A stretch of 64,000 nucleotides of DNA from an uncultured Poribacteria bacterium (GCA_951813565.1 OX638351.1:832001-896000), one strand, 5' to 3'; counted from the stretch's first letter, positions 1 to 11,003 are shown. Numbers and translations are program-made. Notes: generated by a model from the letters alone, not told the origin.

Positions 1-375
1 ATTGTGGCAGACCGGGAGAGGCGTTGAGTCTATGAAGGAAATCCCGCGACATTCACCGAAACGGGTGTTTAGAAGAATAGACAACGGCACCAATACCTCT
101 TGTGAGAGCTGCACAAAACGGCTATAACTGACAAGGTTTGGAAATGCCCAACGCAACTCGCAGCAAACATAATCCTGATAATAGGCTCTAAAGTTTTTAT
201 ACCGCTTCTGATGAAAATGAACCAGTATCGTCATGACTTCGCTCGGATGAAGGCGCCTGGGTCTGCCGCGTGTATTGCCTGTGCCGAGTATTTCCGGCAA
301 CTGGTGTTGTGCTCGATATTGTTCATACAAAAGAAAAAAGTCGTCAATTTCACAGAAAAGTGTTATCATATCCAT
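1..375 (-). CDS. IS982-family transposase, N-terminal part (runs off window start)
   Basis: Own translation from ATG at 375: MDMITLFCEIDDFF...LHPSEVMTILVHFHQKRYKNFRAYY...FPNLVSYSRFVQL...GISFIDSTPLPVCHN, the typical IS982 N-terminus. Not in the supplied ORF track. Confidence 0.9.
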   Translation of the reverse strand, partial: MDMITLFCEIDDFFLLYEQYRAQHQLPEILGTGNTRGRPRRLHPSEVMTILVHFHQKRYKNFRAYYQDYVCCELRWAFPNLVSYSRFVQLSQEVLVPLSILLNTRFGECRGISFIDSTPLPVCHN

Positions 376-463
376 CAGAGAACTCCTTTGTGAGTATTTG
401 GTATACTTCATAATAACAAAGGGGTTCTCTATTTACCAGTTTTTAATTATCAAACTCACGTTA
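1..463 (-). mobile_element. IS982-family element, left end
   Basis: Transposase plus putative terminal repeat TAACGTGAGTTTGATAA (reverse complement at 447-463); the same motif recurs at 53842 and 53867. Confidence 0.7.
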
Positions 464-752
464 TAAACTAATATCTCTCGAATAACTATTCATTAGAGTT
501 GTTATTTCTCCTTGCGGGGGAGAAATCCCCCGCACCAACATAAAATGAATTATTCGTCGGGACATGCCTTACAATAAGTTGGTGCCGACTTTGATAAATA
601 ATTTACACACCCTTCCTTTTGCAATCTGTTGCAAATTTCTCCGCTACATGCTATACTTACAAAAATTTAAGTATTTTCACAAAACCTGCAATGTCATTTG
701 CAAACTGTGCTAATTCATCATGTGAATCTAAATTTCCTGCAAGGAGACATTT

Positions 753-1808
753 ATGCCGATTGTATCTCACGTTGTGTTAAGAAAATTTGTATGCGATATC
801 TATCAAGGTGCAGGTGGCACCGAAGAAGATGCCCGTATCGTCAGTGACCACGTCGTCGATTCTAATTTGGCGGGACACGATTCACACGGTGTTATCAACG
901 CTCCGAACTACATCGGTGGAATGGCAGGTGGTCCAGCAGCAGACAAAATGGAGATTGTCAAAGAGGGTGGGGCTGCGACGGTTATCAACGTGAACGGGGC
1001 GCTCGGCATGGTTGCAGCACGCAAAGCAATGGAGATGGCAGTCGAAAAAGCAAAAACCTGTACTATCGGGGCAGTCGGTTTACATCAGTGTGGACATGCA
1101 GGACGGATGGGCGAATATCCGCCAATTGCAGCACGGGCGGGAATGATAGGTATTGTTTTGCTAAATGGTGGCGGCAGGTTTATGCATCCACACGGTGGCA
1201 CCTCACGGAGACTACCACCTAATCCAATTGCCATATCCGTGCCTCGTGCAAATGGTGAGCCACTTCTATTAGATATGACGCTCAGTGTGGTCGCAGGCGG
1301 CAAACTTCTCGTCCAGTCCGCACGTGGCGAACCGATACCGGAAGGGTGGATGATTGATTCCGAGGGGAACGCTTTAACAGACCCAAATGTGTTTCGTGAA
1401 CGTCCACAAGATACGGCAGTCATGCCACTCGGAGGATTTCAGTTCGGGCATAAAGGTTTTGGACTTGGCGTGATGATAGATGCCATTGCGGGTGGACTTT
1501 CTTGGGCAGGATGTAGTCGTGAACAACCCACACGCGGCGCAAGCGGCATTGTAATGTTTGCAATTAAAATTGAGGATTTTATTGACTTAGTTGACTATGA
1601 ACAGGAGATTGAATATCTTGTAGAGTGGATTAAGTCATCAGCGAGGTTGCCAGGGACCAACGAAATCTATGTCCCTGGCGAATTTGAGCAACGGAGTCGT
1701 GAAAAACGGGTAAAAGAAGGAATACCAATAGAAGAACCGACGTGGAATCGGCTTGTGGAAGCAGCCGAACGTTTTGACGTTGCTATACCTAAGGTTCTTC
1801 AACCTTAG
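753..1808 (+). CDS. Ldh_2-family (malate/L-lactate/ureidoglycolate-type) oxidoreductase
   Basis: GHDSHG, HAGRMG, NPIAI, LLDM, GHKGFGL and YVPGE motifs; AGGAG RBS. Confidence 0.9.
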   Translation: MPIVSHVVLRKFVCDIYQGAGGTEEDARIVSDHVVDSNLAGHDSHGVINAPNYIGGMAGGPAADKMEIVKEGGAATVINVNGALGMVAARKAMEMAVEKAKTCTIGAVGLHQCGHAGRMGEYPPIAARAGMIGIVLLNGGGRFMHPHGGTSRRLPPNPIAISVPRANGEPLLLDMTLSVVAGGKLLVQSARGEPIPEGWMIDSEGNALTDPNVFRERPQDTAVMPLGGFQFGHKGFGLGVMIDAIAGGLSWAGCSREQPTRGASGIVMFAIKIEDFIDLVDYEQEIEYLVEWIKSSARLPGTNEIYVPGEFEQRSREKRVKEGIPIEEPTWNRLVEAAERFDVAIPKVLQP

Positions 1809-1870
1809 TAGATACAATTTTGAATTTTCATACCTAAACCCTAAACTTGCATATCAAAAGGAGCAAACAA

Positions 1871-2503
1871 ATGAGAATCTTAAGTATTTTGTCCATTCTG
1901 TTTATTGGTGTTTTAGGTTGTGCCGTGCTGAACCAGCCAACTTTTGAAGTTACTTCGTCCCGACTCACAAGCGAGACAAACCCACAACTTGTAGACGGGA
2001 ATTTGGACACGATTAGCACGTTTGCTGTAAGAGGTCACCTTGAGAAAAGTTACAAGTCTCTCCCTGGAGAGAATCGCACCTTTGGTAACACGCAGCGAAA
2101 ATATATGACGCAGGTTGAAGGGAGTCGTCGAACAGAAGCAGTAATTAAGCTGGATGCACCGACGTATATATCCTATGTTGAGATATATCCTGCATCGCGT
2201 ATCCCTAAGTTAGCGCTCATGACAACTCTGGAAGATCCGAAGTTTGCTTCTTCTTTCAATGTGGTTCATGATAAACTACATACGACCTTAGAGGGAAAAC
2301 GACCTGTCAGATTCCAAATTAATCGGAAAATTCTTTATTTGCGGTTGACAGCGGATGGAATAGAGGATAGGCAAAATGCCATCCGTGAGAAAAAAGAGAA
2401 AAATGAGAGAGATAAGAAAAAAGAGAAAATAGATATAGACGCACGCATTCAGATTCCGCTTAAAGGTGCTTCCATTCGGGAGGTAAAATTTTATGCTCGA
2501 TAG
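1871..2503 (+). CDS. Hypothetical lipoprotein, possible discoidin/jelly-roll-like fold
   Basis: Lipobox VLGC; LVDGNLDT and IREVKFY motifs; paralog of the next gene. Confidence 0.7.
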   Translation: MRILSILSILFIGVLGCAVLNQPTFEVTSSRLTSETNPQLVDGNLDTISTFAVRGHLEKSYKSLPGENRTFGNTQRKYMTQVEGSRRTEAVIKLDAPTYISYVEIYPASRIPKLALMTTLEDPKFASSFNVVHDKLHTTLEGKRPVRFQINRKILYLRLTADGIEDRQNAIREKKEKNERDKKKEKIDIDARIQIPLKGASIREVKFYAR

Positions 2504-3122
2504 AAAGCGGAAACGAAGTATTCTCAGTTTATTGTTGTTGGTTTTTGGTATATCGGGGTGTGCTTTACTTCAAAACCCTCCTGTAGCGGAACTTCCGCCA
2601 TCGCGGCTCATGTGTGAAACGAACCCAAAGATGGTAGATGGCAATTTGGATACAGTAGGAACGTTCCAAGCATACGGTTCTATTCGGAAGATGTTTTTTG
2701 AGGAAGGTACGGTTGAGTTTGCCTCCAATCCGAAGAGTTATCAGGTAAATCATGATGGCACCCTAAAAACAGAAACACTGATAAAATTGGATAAACCAAC
2801 GTATGTGGTTTATATAGAAATCTATCCGGGTTCTGATATTCCGAAGATTGCCCTTGATTTTACAGCAGAGGAAAAATCGCCAAAGTGGCGCAACTCGTTT
2901 GTCGCCGTAATGGATAAACGACACACAGATATAAAAAACAAGCAGATGGTGCGGTTCCCAATTAGGCAGGAAGTGCTGTATCTGCGAATAACTGCAGACG
3001 GTATTGAAGATCGGAAAAATCAAACTCGCGTCGATAGTGAAGACCACCGCTTTTCTTTTGGAATTGTTACGCCATTAAAAGGTGCTCAAATACAGGAAGT
3101 CAAGTTTTACGAGCAGATGTAA
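2493..3122 (+). CDS. Hypothetical lipoprotein, paralog of upstream gene
   Basis: Lipobox ISGC; shares ETNP..VDGNLDT, IKLD.PTY, LYLR.TADGIEDR and PLKGA.I.EVKFY with 1871-2503. Confidence 0.7.
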   Translation: MLDRKRKRSILSLLLLVFGISGCALLQNPPVAELPPSRLMCETNPKMVDGNLDTVGTFQAYGSIRKMFFEEGTVEFASNPKSYQVNHDGTLKTETLIKLDKPTYVVYIEIYPGSDIPKIALDFTAEEKSPKWRNSFVAVMDKRHTDIKNKQMVRFPIRQEVLYLRITADGIEDRKNQTRVDSEDHRFSFGIVTPLKGAQIQEVKFYEQM

Positions 3123-3307
3123 GAAATTGCTTGAATTTAGTTTCACGGAATTGTATAATATACAAACTTGCTACAACGTGAACCAATCTCTTAGATTTCT
3201 TGCCCCGAGTCTCTTATATATTATGCCTATAAACCGTTTTTGGTTGACTTATCCTACAAAACTGTGTTAAGTTTAGCACATAACATTCTTGGAGGATCAA
3301 AACCCGA

Positions 3308-4318
3308 TTGGAAAAACAAGAATTAAAGGGTGTCCCTATTCAAAACAACGCTGAAGTCCAAGCACTTTTTGGGCAAAGCGATGCCTTCTTAAAAATCATT
3401 GAAAATGATTTTGATGTGCGCATTGTTTTGAAAAGCGATAGTATCGCTGTCCTTGGTGAAAACCTAAAAGAGGTTAACAGAGTTGTAACGGTGTTGGAAT
3501 CGCTTCTGCACCGTATTCGAAAAGGCGAACGAATTCAGGCAACTGACGTCAACTACGTTATCCGCGCAACGGAAACCGATGAAGCAAGCATTTTGGATCA
3601 AAGTTCGGCAGAATCCATACCGGTATTCTCAAAGCGTGGCGTGATTCGTCCGAAAACTGCTGGGCAAAAACGGTACGTTGAAGCGATAAAACACAACGAT
3701 CTCGTATTTGGCATCGGGCCTGCGGGAACAGGAAAAACCTATCTTGCAATGGCAATGGCTGTTTCTGCGCTTAAGAATGGTCAGGTGAGTCGTATCATCT
3801 TAACCCGACCTGCCGTTGAAGCAGGTGAACGTCTCGGATTTTTACCTGGTGATATAGCCGCAAAAGTGCACCCGTATCTACGACCACTATACGATGCGTT
3901 GTACGATATGATACCACCTGATACACTTGACAATTACATTGAACGGAACATTATTGAAGTCGCGCCGATTGCTTTCATGCGCGGTAGAACACTTAACAAT
4001 TCTTTTGTGGTTCTTGATGAAGCGCAAAATGCAACGATTGAACAGATGAAAATGTTTCTTACACGGCTCGGTTTTGATTCAAAAGCCGTTATAACAGGCG
4101 ACATCACACAAACAGACCTGCCAACGCATAAAGTATCGGGACTCGCAGACGCTCAACAGGTGCTTGATGGCATCAAGGGCATCCAATTCATATACTTCTC
4201 AAAGACTGATGTCGTTAGGCATGAATTGGTGCAGCGTATTATTGAAGCTTATGAGCGATCAACACCGCCTCCAGATGTGAAACGCGTATTAGCAGAATCC
4301 GAAAAGTCTGAAGGTTAA
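3308..4318 (+). CDS. phoH: PhoH family ATPase
   Basis: GPAGTGKT Walker A, RPAVEAGE.LGFLPG, MRGRTL, LDEAQN, GDITQ.DL. Confidence 0.97.
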   Translation: MEKQELKGVPIQNNAEVQALFGQSDAFLKIIENDFDVRIVLKSDSIAVLGENLKEVNRVVTVLESLLHRIRKGERIQATDVNYVIRATETDEASILDQSSAESIPVFSKRGVIRPKTAGQKRYVEAIKHNDLVFGIGPAGTGKTYLAMAMAVSALKNGQVSRIILTRPAVEAGERLGFLPGDIAAKVHPYLRPLYDALYDMIPPDTLDNYIERNIIEVAPIAFMRGRTLNNSFVVLDEAQNATIEQMKMFLTRLGFDSKAVITGDITQTDLPTHKVSGLADAQQVLDGIKGIQFIYFSKTDVVRHELVQRIIEAYERSTPPPDVKRVLAESEKSEG

Positions 4319-4323
4319 CGGGT

Positions 4324-4785
4324 TTGATTGACATTACCAATGCCAGCAACAATGCCACGTTTGATGTCGAAATTGTCCACAGAGCAGTTTTCGCGACAGT
4401 AAATGCACATAATTTAGAAGATTATGAAGTAAGCGTTTTGTTAACAGATGATCCTCACATGACAGAATTGAACCTTGAGTATCGTGGGATTGATGCGCCA
4501 ACGGATGTGTTGGCATTCGCTATGCGTGAAGATGAAGATAGCAATCTGATGAATCCCAACATTCTTGGGGATATTGTTATATCGTTGGAAACAGCAGAAC
4601 GTCAAGCAAAAAATGAAACGCATTCGCTTGAAGAGGAAGTCGCATTTCTAACGATACACGGTGTACTGCATCTACTCGGTTATGATCATCAAACAGAAAA
4701 AGAAGTCGCTGTTATGTTTGAGAAACAAGAAACTATTTTGCGATGCTTGCAAATAGATACTGAGAAGCGTACAATTTCTGTTTGA
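4324..4785 (+). CDS. ybeY: rRNA maturation endoribonuclease YbeY
   Basis: PTDVLAF, LGDIVIS and HGVLHLLGYDH motifs; follows phoH. Confidence 0.97.
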   Translation: MIDITNASNNATFDVEIVHRAVFATVNAHNLEDYEVSVLLTDDPHMTELNLEYRGIDAPTDVLAFAMREDEDSNLMNPNILGDIVISLETAERQAKNETHSLEEEVAFLTIHGVLHLLGYDHQTEKEVAVMFEKQETILRCLQIDTEKRTISV

Positions 4786-4822
4786 CCTCAGAACATTCAA
4801 TTATTAGAGATTTATCGGAGGT

Positions 4823-6109
4823 GTGATTTTACGCTTGGATGAGCAACATATAGCTATAAGATTAGTTTGTTTAGGAATTCTGTTAATTTTAAATGCACTC
4901 TTTTCAGCTGCAGAGGCTTTGCTGGCTCGGTTAACGCGAGCAGATATTCTGAAATTCGCGGAGGAAGGTGGAAAACGCTACGAGGTATTGACATCACTTT
5001 TGCACCACCCGCGCCGCTATTCATTAACTATCATCACAGCGAAGACTCTCCTGATGGTGGCAAGCGTTGTCTTGTTTACGACATTTTGGGACAATCTTAT
5101 ATTGAGCGGTGGACTCGCTGTCCTGCTTCTTGTCGTTTTCACAGAATTGTTTCCTAAAAACTACGTCCAAAATAGTCCCAGCGGAACGACTATTCATGCC
5201 CTACGTGCCTTACGTATCGTTTATTGGGGCGGTTTTCTAATTTTAATCCCTCTGAATTTTCTTGTGAATCTTTTTATCCGCATCTGCGGCGGCAAGGTTA
5301 CGTCTGCACAGGATAGCCTTGTATCTCCAGAAGTATTAGAAACCCTTGATAACGTCGCAGACAGCCAGAATATTTTAGAGCCAGATGACCGTGAAATGAT
5401 TGCTCGGATTTTGGACCTACCGGATAAAGTGGTCCGAGAAATTATGGTGGCACGAACCGATATGGTATGTCTTGAGGTAGAGACACCTGCTTCCGAAGTT
5501 TTGCAGACAACAATTGCATGTCGGCATACGCGTATTCCGATATATGAAGAGACGATTGATAACATTGTCGGAATTTTGCATGTTAAGGACATGTTAGATT
5601 GTTGGGCAGAGGAGAAACCGATTAACCTTAGCGAACTGATTATTGGTCGCACACCTTTTTTTACACCAGAGAGTAAAAAGATTTCGGAATTGTTCCGAGA
5701 ACTACGAGAGCATAAACAACACATCGCTATTGTTGTGGATGAATACGGTGGTACAGCCGGGATTGTAACGCTTGAAAATATTATTGAAGAGATTGTAGGC
5801 GAAATCCAAGATGAAGACGAAGTAGATGAACAGGATGCCTACATGCAAATTAGTCCCAATGTTTACTCTGTTGATGCCAGATTGAACCTTGTCGAATTGA
5901 ACGAAAAACTTGGTACAGAACTTGACGCGGAAAATATTGATACTATCGGTGGGTTTTTAGTAGACCATCTTGGACGAGTTCCTGAAGAGGGGGACGTTTT
6001 CACCTATAGAGGGATTGGTTTCACGATATTAGAAGCAGACGAACGGAGGATTCATCGTATCCAAATTCAGATGCCGAACAACGCTAACGATGATGTAGAT
6101 TCCGAATAA
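4823..6109 (+). CDS. Hemolysin/CNNM-family transporter (DUF21-CBS-CBS-CorC)
   Basis: N-terminal TM helices, ELFPK, HTRIP, VVDEYGGTAGIVTLE, TIGG. Confidence 0.93.
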   Translation: MILRLDEQHIAIRLVCLGILLILNALFSAAEALLARLTRADILKFAEEGGKRYEVLTSLLHHPRRYSLTIITAKTLLMVASVVLFTTFWDNLILSGGLAVLLLVVFTELFPKNYVQNSPSGTTIHALRALRIVYWGGFLILIPLNFLVNLFIRICGGKVTSAQDSLVSPEVLETLDNVADSQNILEPDDREMIARILDLPDKVVREIMVARTDMVCLEVETPASEVLQTTIACRHTRIPIYEETIDNIVGILHVKDMLDCWAEEKPINLSELIIGRTPFFTPESKKISELFRELREHKQHIAIVVDEYGGTAGIVTLENIIEEIVGEIQDEDEVDEQDAYMQISPNVYSVDARLNLVELNEKLGTELDAENIDTIGGFLVDHLGRVPEEGDVFTYRGIGFTILEADERRIHRIQIQMPNNANDDVDSE

Positions 6110-6128
6110 TTTAGAGTTTATATCGTTT

Positions 6129-6156
6129 GTAGTCGCGCAATTCATTGCGCGACTAC
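6129..6156. repeat. GTAG-type REP-like palindrome
   Basis: Perfect hairpin GTAGTCGCGCAA-TTCA-TTGCGCGACTAC; related copies at 37171-37192 and ~33130. Confidence 0.7.
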
Positions 6157-6215
6157 CTCTACAATGAGGGTGTTAGTTTTTGTCAAAACTTTACGTGCTT
6201 TTTGCCATAAAAGAT

Positions 6216-6245
6216 TTGACAAAGTGGATAAAATTGAGGTATAAT
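6216..6245 (+). promoter_or_regulatory. Sigma70-type promoter for tRNA-Pro
   Basis: TTGACA-18 nt-TATAAT, 11 nt before the tRNA. Confidence 0.75.
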
Positions 6246-6256
6246 TAAGCATAGAA

Positions 6257-6331
<75 letters not shown>

Positions 6332-6385
6332 TCTTATCCGTCTTATACCGCATGATTATAAATAACTGCTACCACACATAAAAAC

Positions 6386-7168
6386 ATGCCTGTTCAAAAG
6401 ACGCAAGCAATTGTGATTCGCGCTTTTTCCTTACGCGAAGCTCACAAGATCATCACCTTCTATACCCCCAATTTTGGTAAAGTTAAAGCTATGGCTTACG
6501 GTGTAAAAAGCCCGAAAAGCAAGCTGAGCGGCAGTTTAGAACTGCTCAATCACGGCATGCTCCTTTTTAACTATCGCGAAAATAGAGATTTGCAAAACCT
6601 TACAGGTTTTGAACTTATTGAAGGTTTTGACGGAATCCGAACCGATTTTGCTCGAATTACCTACGGATGCTATTTAGCAGAATTAATTGATGCTATCGCA
6701 TCAGAAGGCAACGCGAATCCTGAAGTTTTCGATTTGCTGCGAGATACGTACCAATTTTTAACGGATGCTGATGATTTAGCATTGCTCGCGCGGTTTTTTG
6801 AAATTAAGTTTCTTGACCTTACAGGTTACGCACCACAACTTTCTCAGTGTGCAAATTGTGGTTCAGTTGTGACTGCTACATCTGTCAATAATACGCAAAG
6901 TGTACTTGTGGTGCTCTTTAGTGTTCGACACGGTGGGTTGCTTTGCGGAGATTGCCAACATAGAGATACCTCCGCATTTTCAATAGCACCCGGAAGTTGT
7001 GAACTTTTGAAGACATTACGGAAATCAGAATTGGGTAAGTTAAGTAGAATTCGTGCATCTACGCGTAATCATCGTGAACTGAAACTTGTCCTTAGTAGTT
7101 TCATTCAGTACCATACGGAGCGAAATTTAAAAAGCCTCAAATTCATTGAAAGTGTGTTAGAAGTATGA
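6386..7168 (+). CDS. recO: DNA repair protein RecO
   Basis: N-terminal OB-fold pattern, FEIKFLDLTGYAP, C4 zinc finger (CANC...CGDC), LKSLKF end. Confidence 0.95.
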   Translation: MPVQKTQAIVIRAFSLREAHKIITFYTPNFGKVKAMAYGVKSPKSKLSGSLELLNHGMLLFNYRENRDLQNLTGFELIEGFDGIRTDFARITYGCYLAELIDAIASEGNANPEVFDLLRDTYQFLTDADDLALLARFFEIKFLDLTGYAPQLSQCANCGSVVTATSVNNTQSVLVVLFSVRHGGLLCGDCQHRDTSAFSIAPGSCELLKTLRKSELGKLSRIRASTRNHRELKLVLSSFIQYHTERNLKSLKFIESVLEV

Positions 7169-7228
7169 CGTTTGCGAAACGCCAAACACGCTTGTTTAGC
7201 GTGTTCTACAGAAGATAAGGAGTTGTCA

Positions 7229-10200
7229 ATGAAAGTAGATAATATCTTCAAAACATTATTGTTTTTTCTAAGTATTTTCACATGTATAGCAATAGTCGGG
7301 ACTCATAGTGCCACTGCTGCCACAATTGGTAAAATCTCTGGTATTGTCACCGCAGAAGCAACAAAACAACCGATAGCGAATGCCAAAGTGACGATTGTGG
7401 GGACAAGTACTACAGCAACAACAAACGATTCTGGCTACTATGTCATGACCAACATTGATCCAGGGGGATATGATGTCCAAGTTGAACTCACCGGATACCG
7501 TTCCAAAACCGTTCAAGCAACGACGGTTTTCGCGGGCCTTACCACAACGATAAACTTTGCTTTAGAGGCTTCTGAAGTTGTTGAGCTTGAAGGCATAACG
7601 GTAACAGCAGCTAAGCCACTCATTAAGAAGGATGTCACGCAAACAACGCGGATAATAGAAGCGGACGAAATCGCCTCTATGCCACGCGACACCGTGAATG
7701 GTATTCTTCAAACACAGGCAGGTGTGGCAGTCCTAAATTCATCTGGCTCGCTTCATATTCGCGGTGGTAGGTCAATGGAGATTAAATATCTTATTGACGG
7801 CATTCCAGTTAATGACCCAATTGGTAGAGGTTTGGGGCTGCAAATTAGCACAAACGCCCTTCAACAGTTGGAGGTCATCACTGGCGGGTTCAATGCAGAA
7901 CACGGTGATGCACAATCCGGTATCATTAATCTTATCACGAAGGCTGGCACACATAAGTTTACGGGCAGAATCAGATACCGGGTTGGTCAATGGGGACAGC
8001 ACCATGGCGATCCAATATACGGTCCCTGGTTAGACCCGGACAATGGCTTCCGACCAGTAGCACTTGAACCTTTTAGAGGGATATTCATCGGTCAACCTTA
8101 TGATTATCAAACACCTTATCGTGGGGATGACACCACAGTTGGGGAGTTGGCAAATCAAGAAGGTGATGATCAAGTAATCTTTACGGAAATTGCTCCCGGC
8201 GTGTATGCAGATAGAACAGAAAACCCACTGCAACCTGTTATTGATACTGAAACAGGCGAACCTAAGATGAATGAAGAGACAGGTGAAGTCATTATGGAAC
8301 GCCAACCTTTCAGGGACGCGGATGGCACCGTAATTGACTATGAGAAGAAACAGGTTACACTGTTAGACGGCTACACTGTGGATTTGGATCAGTACAGTGG
8401 GCAGTTCAACGGGACAAAAGATTATAAGTTATCTCCGAGTCATATCGGGGAATTAGCGCTCAGCGGTCCGATATGGGGTAATCGGTTGACGTTCTCCTTC
8501 GCCAGCCAGTTGCGGCGAGATGAAAGTTATCTGCCCAATAGTGGTAGCGGAGGGCACACGCTTCAGGGTAAACTCAAGTTTGAAATAACGCCCGAAGTCA
8601 AACTCACTGCAAGCGGACTCTATGATGTGCGGGAATTCAACAACTATGGTGGGAGTCTACGTTTTGTACCCGGGGCAATTGAAGTTGACAATAGGGATGG
8701 ACGAAGTCTTTCCGTTCAACTCTCACACAATATTAACTCAGGCACCTTCTATACTTTGACGTTTGGGCAATTCCACCGTTCTTTCGGTAGTCACCAACCC
8801 GGAAAAGTGTGGGATCCGTTGAATAAAACGTTTGAGGAAAACGCCTACGACCCTGAATTATCTTTTGAACAGAATCAAGAGGAAGGAAGGATTAGAAATC
8901 CGGCACAGCAGGCGTATAACGACACAACCTACGACGTTGCGGGAGATAACAACTTCTGGACAACTCGCAATTCTACAACTTCAATTTTCAAAGGCGTTTT
9001 TGCGAGTCAAGTTACAGAAAACCATCAAGTCCAGACAGGTATTGAATTCTCAACGAACCATCTCTACAATCTCGGCACAACAAATTATGGTAGTTCAAAC
9101 CTCTATATGGAGTATTACGACGTAACGCCCACATCCATCAGTTTATATGCCCAAGATAAGATGGAATATGAAGGCATGATTGTGAACGCGGGGTTACGAT
9201 ATGACATATATAATCCGGATGGTATCTCGCCAAAAGATCCGTTAGATCCACTTGAACTGAACGAGGATGATGGCACAATCAAACTGGATTATGATACTTA
9301 TAACGTTGGACTGCCGGTTATCAAAGATCCGGTTGAAGCTTCTACGAAACACATGATTGCACCACGTCTCGGTATCTCGTTCCCGGTTACCGATAGGGCG
9401 AAGTTGCACTTTACTTATGGGCACTATTACCAGATACCACGCGGTGATGACCTCTACGAGAATCTCAGTTTTGATATGCGTGGGGCAATCCGAAGAAGAG
9501 GCAACCCTAACCTCGAACCAGAGAGAACCATCGCCTATGAAGTCGGAATAGCCCAGCAGTTTACGGACGACTTAACCTTTGACATAACAGGATTCACAAA
9601 GGATATTGACAACCTTGTCAGTAGTGTGCATGTTGACATCACAAACGATTATAGTTATTTCATCAATGACATCTATGGACGCGTTCAAGGGGTTGAACTC
9701 ACAATCCGTAAGTGGCGGACAGGTGGAGGTCCGGTTTCCGGTATGCTCAGTTATACCTATTCTGTTGCGAAGGGAAAAGGTTCCAGCCGAAATCTGGGAT
9801 ACCTCACTTATTACCGACAACAACCTGAAGTGACCGAAAGTCATCCGTTAGCATGGGATCAGCGGCATATTGTGTCCGCTGCGTTGGATGTTCAATTGCC
9901 TTTTACTTCGGCTGTTAACTTTGTCGGCAGATACGCCAGCGGTTTGCCATACACGCCAAATCCGAGAGCACCGATTAAACCTGCTATTAACTCAAAGCGT
10001 TACCCTGCAACTTACAATGTTGATGCGCTTGTTAGCAAACGGAGCCGACTTGGAGGGATAACGTATACCTTCTTTGCGGATATTCGGAATATCTTCAACA
10101 CGAAAAATCTGGATAACTTGCTTGACGCAGTAACGTATGACCGATACGGTATCCCGTTGACTGCACAGAAGCATTCCAGTCCAGCTTCATGGAGTTCTCC

Positions 10201-10237
10201 CCGCTTGATTATGGTGGGCGTGAGTTTGGATTTTTAG
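7229..10237 (+). CDS. TonB-dependent receptor with N-terminal carboxypeptidase-regulatory-like domain
   Basis: Signal peptide, GKISG.V, plug HIRGGR...YLIDG...GGFNAE.G, GNPNL.PE, C-terminal Phe. Confidence 0.93.
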   Translation: MKVDNIFKTLLFFLSIFTCIAIVGTHSATAATIGKISGIVTAEATKQPIANAKVTIVGTSTTATTNDSGYYVMTNIDPGGYDVQVELTGYRSKTVQATTVFAGLTTTINFALEASEVVELEGITVTAAKPLIKKDVTQTTRIIEADEIASMPRDTVNGILQTQAGVAVLNSSGSLHIRGGRSMEIKYLIDGIPVNDPIGRGLGLQISTNALQQLEVITGGFNAEHGDAQSGIINLITKAGTHKFTGRIRYRVGQWGQHHGDPIYGPWLDPDNGFRPVALEPFRGIFIGQPYDYQTPYRGDDTTVGELANQEGDDQVIFTEIAPGVYADRTENPLQPVIDTETGEPKMNEETGEVIMERQPFRDADGTVIDYEKKQVTLLDGYTVDLDQYSGQFNGTKDYKLSPSHIGELALSGPIWGNRLTFSFASQLRRDESYLPNSGSGGHTLQGKLKFEITPEVKLTASGLYDVREFNNYGGSLRFVPGAIEVDNRDGRSLSVQLSHNINSGTFYTLTFGQFHRSFGSHQPGKVWDPLNKTFEENAYDPELSFEQNQEEGRIRNPAQQAYNDTTYDVAGDNNFWTTRNSTTSIFKGVFASQVTENHQVQTGIEFSTNHLYNLGTTNYGSSNLYMEYYDVTPTSISLYAQDKMEYEGMIVNAGLRYDIYNPDGISPKDPLDPLELNEDDGTIKLDYDTYNVGLPVIKDPVEASTKHMIAPRLGISFPVTDRAKLHFTYGHYYQIPRGDDLYENLSFDMRGAIRRRGNPNLEPERTIAYEVGIAQQFTDDLTFDITGFTKDIDNLVSSVHVDITNDYSYFINDIYGRVQGVELTIRKWRTGGGPVSGMLSYTYSVAKGKGSSRNLGYLTYYRQQPEVTESHPLAWDQRHIVSAALDVQLPFTSAVNFVGRYASGLPYTPNPRAPIKPAINSKRYPATYNVDALVSKRSRLGGITYTFFADIRNIFNTKNLDNLLDAVTYDRYGIPLTAQKHSSPASWSSPRLIMVGVSLDF

Positions 10238-10252
10238 GAAAAACACGAAACA

Positions 10253-10786
10253 ATGAAAAAAATTATTATAATTTTGATCGTCCTGGTTGTCTTGGTTGCC
10301 TCTGTGATAACCGTTTTCTCCGTGAACTATTTCATGCTTGGTAAGCCGATGGCAGAGACTTTAAAATCCGATTCGCGCAATTCTGGAATCCGTATAGCAG
10401 CCCGTTATGGGAACTATTTACTTCCATCATTACTTGTTATAGATGTGAAAGAAGTTTCTGACGAAAATAGTGCTGCAGATGTGTTCAGAGTTCTTTTGCA
10501 ATACGCGTCGGAAATTCAGAAGATGGAATTTGAAAAAGTCAATTTGAATTCCAAAGGCAAAGCCAAATTTTACCTAAAAGGAGATTACTTTCGCGAATTA
10601 GGTGAAGAATATGATTTTCAGAATCCCGTTTATACAATGCGAACGTTTCCAGAGAATGTTTACAACTTGGACGGTCAAAAAGCCTTTCCTACTTGGACAG
10701 GCGGTATAATAGGCGTTACTGGAAAGCAAATTGAGGATTTTAATGAATTTCATAAACAATGGTACATAAATGATCTATTTGAATAA
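10253..10786 (+). CDS. Hypothetical membrane-anchored protein
   Basis: 177-aa AT-rich ORF with N-terminal hydrophobic helix. Confidence 0.7.
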   Translation: MKKIIIILIVLVVLVASVITVFSVNYFMLGKPMAETLKSDSRNSGIRIAARYGNYLLPSLLVIDVKEVSDENSAADVFRVLLQYASEIQKMEFEKVNLNSKGKAKFYLKGDYFRELGEEYDFQNPVYTMRTFPENVYNLDGQKAFPTWTGGIIGVTGKQIEDFNEFHKQWYINDLFE

Positions 10787-10791
10787 GGCTA

Positions 10792-11003
10792 ATGACTGAC
10801 AAAACCAACCTCAATGACGAATTCCGTTCTGAGTATGACGAAACTTTGCTGAAAACGGCACTCGCGAAAAATATGCTGAGCAGTCCGCTGCTGGCACAAA
10901 CATTGTTCGCCTTGACCCGGATGTTGCCGCTGCTTTTCCGAATGAAGAAGCCGTTAATGAAGCGTTACGATCTGTATTGAAAGAGAGAAATAAGGAGAAA
11001 TAA
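10792..11003 (+). pseudogene. Frameshifted small antitoxin-like (BrnA-like) gene
   Basis: MTDKTNLNDEFRSEYDETLLK, then another frame reads GTREKYAEQ...VRLDPDVAAAFPNEEAVNEALR; apparently one A missing near 10852-10856. Confidence 0.6.
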
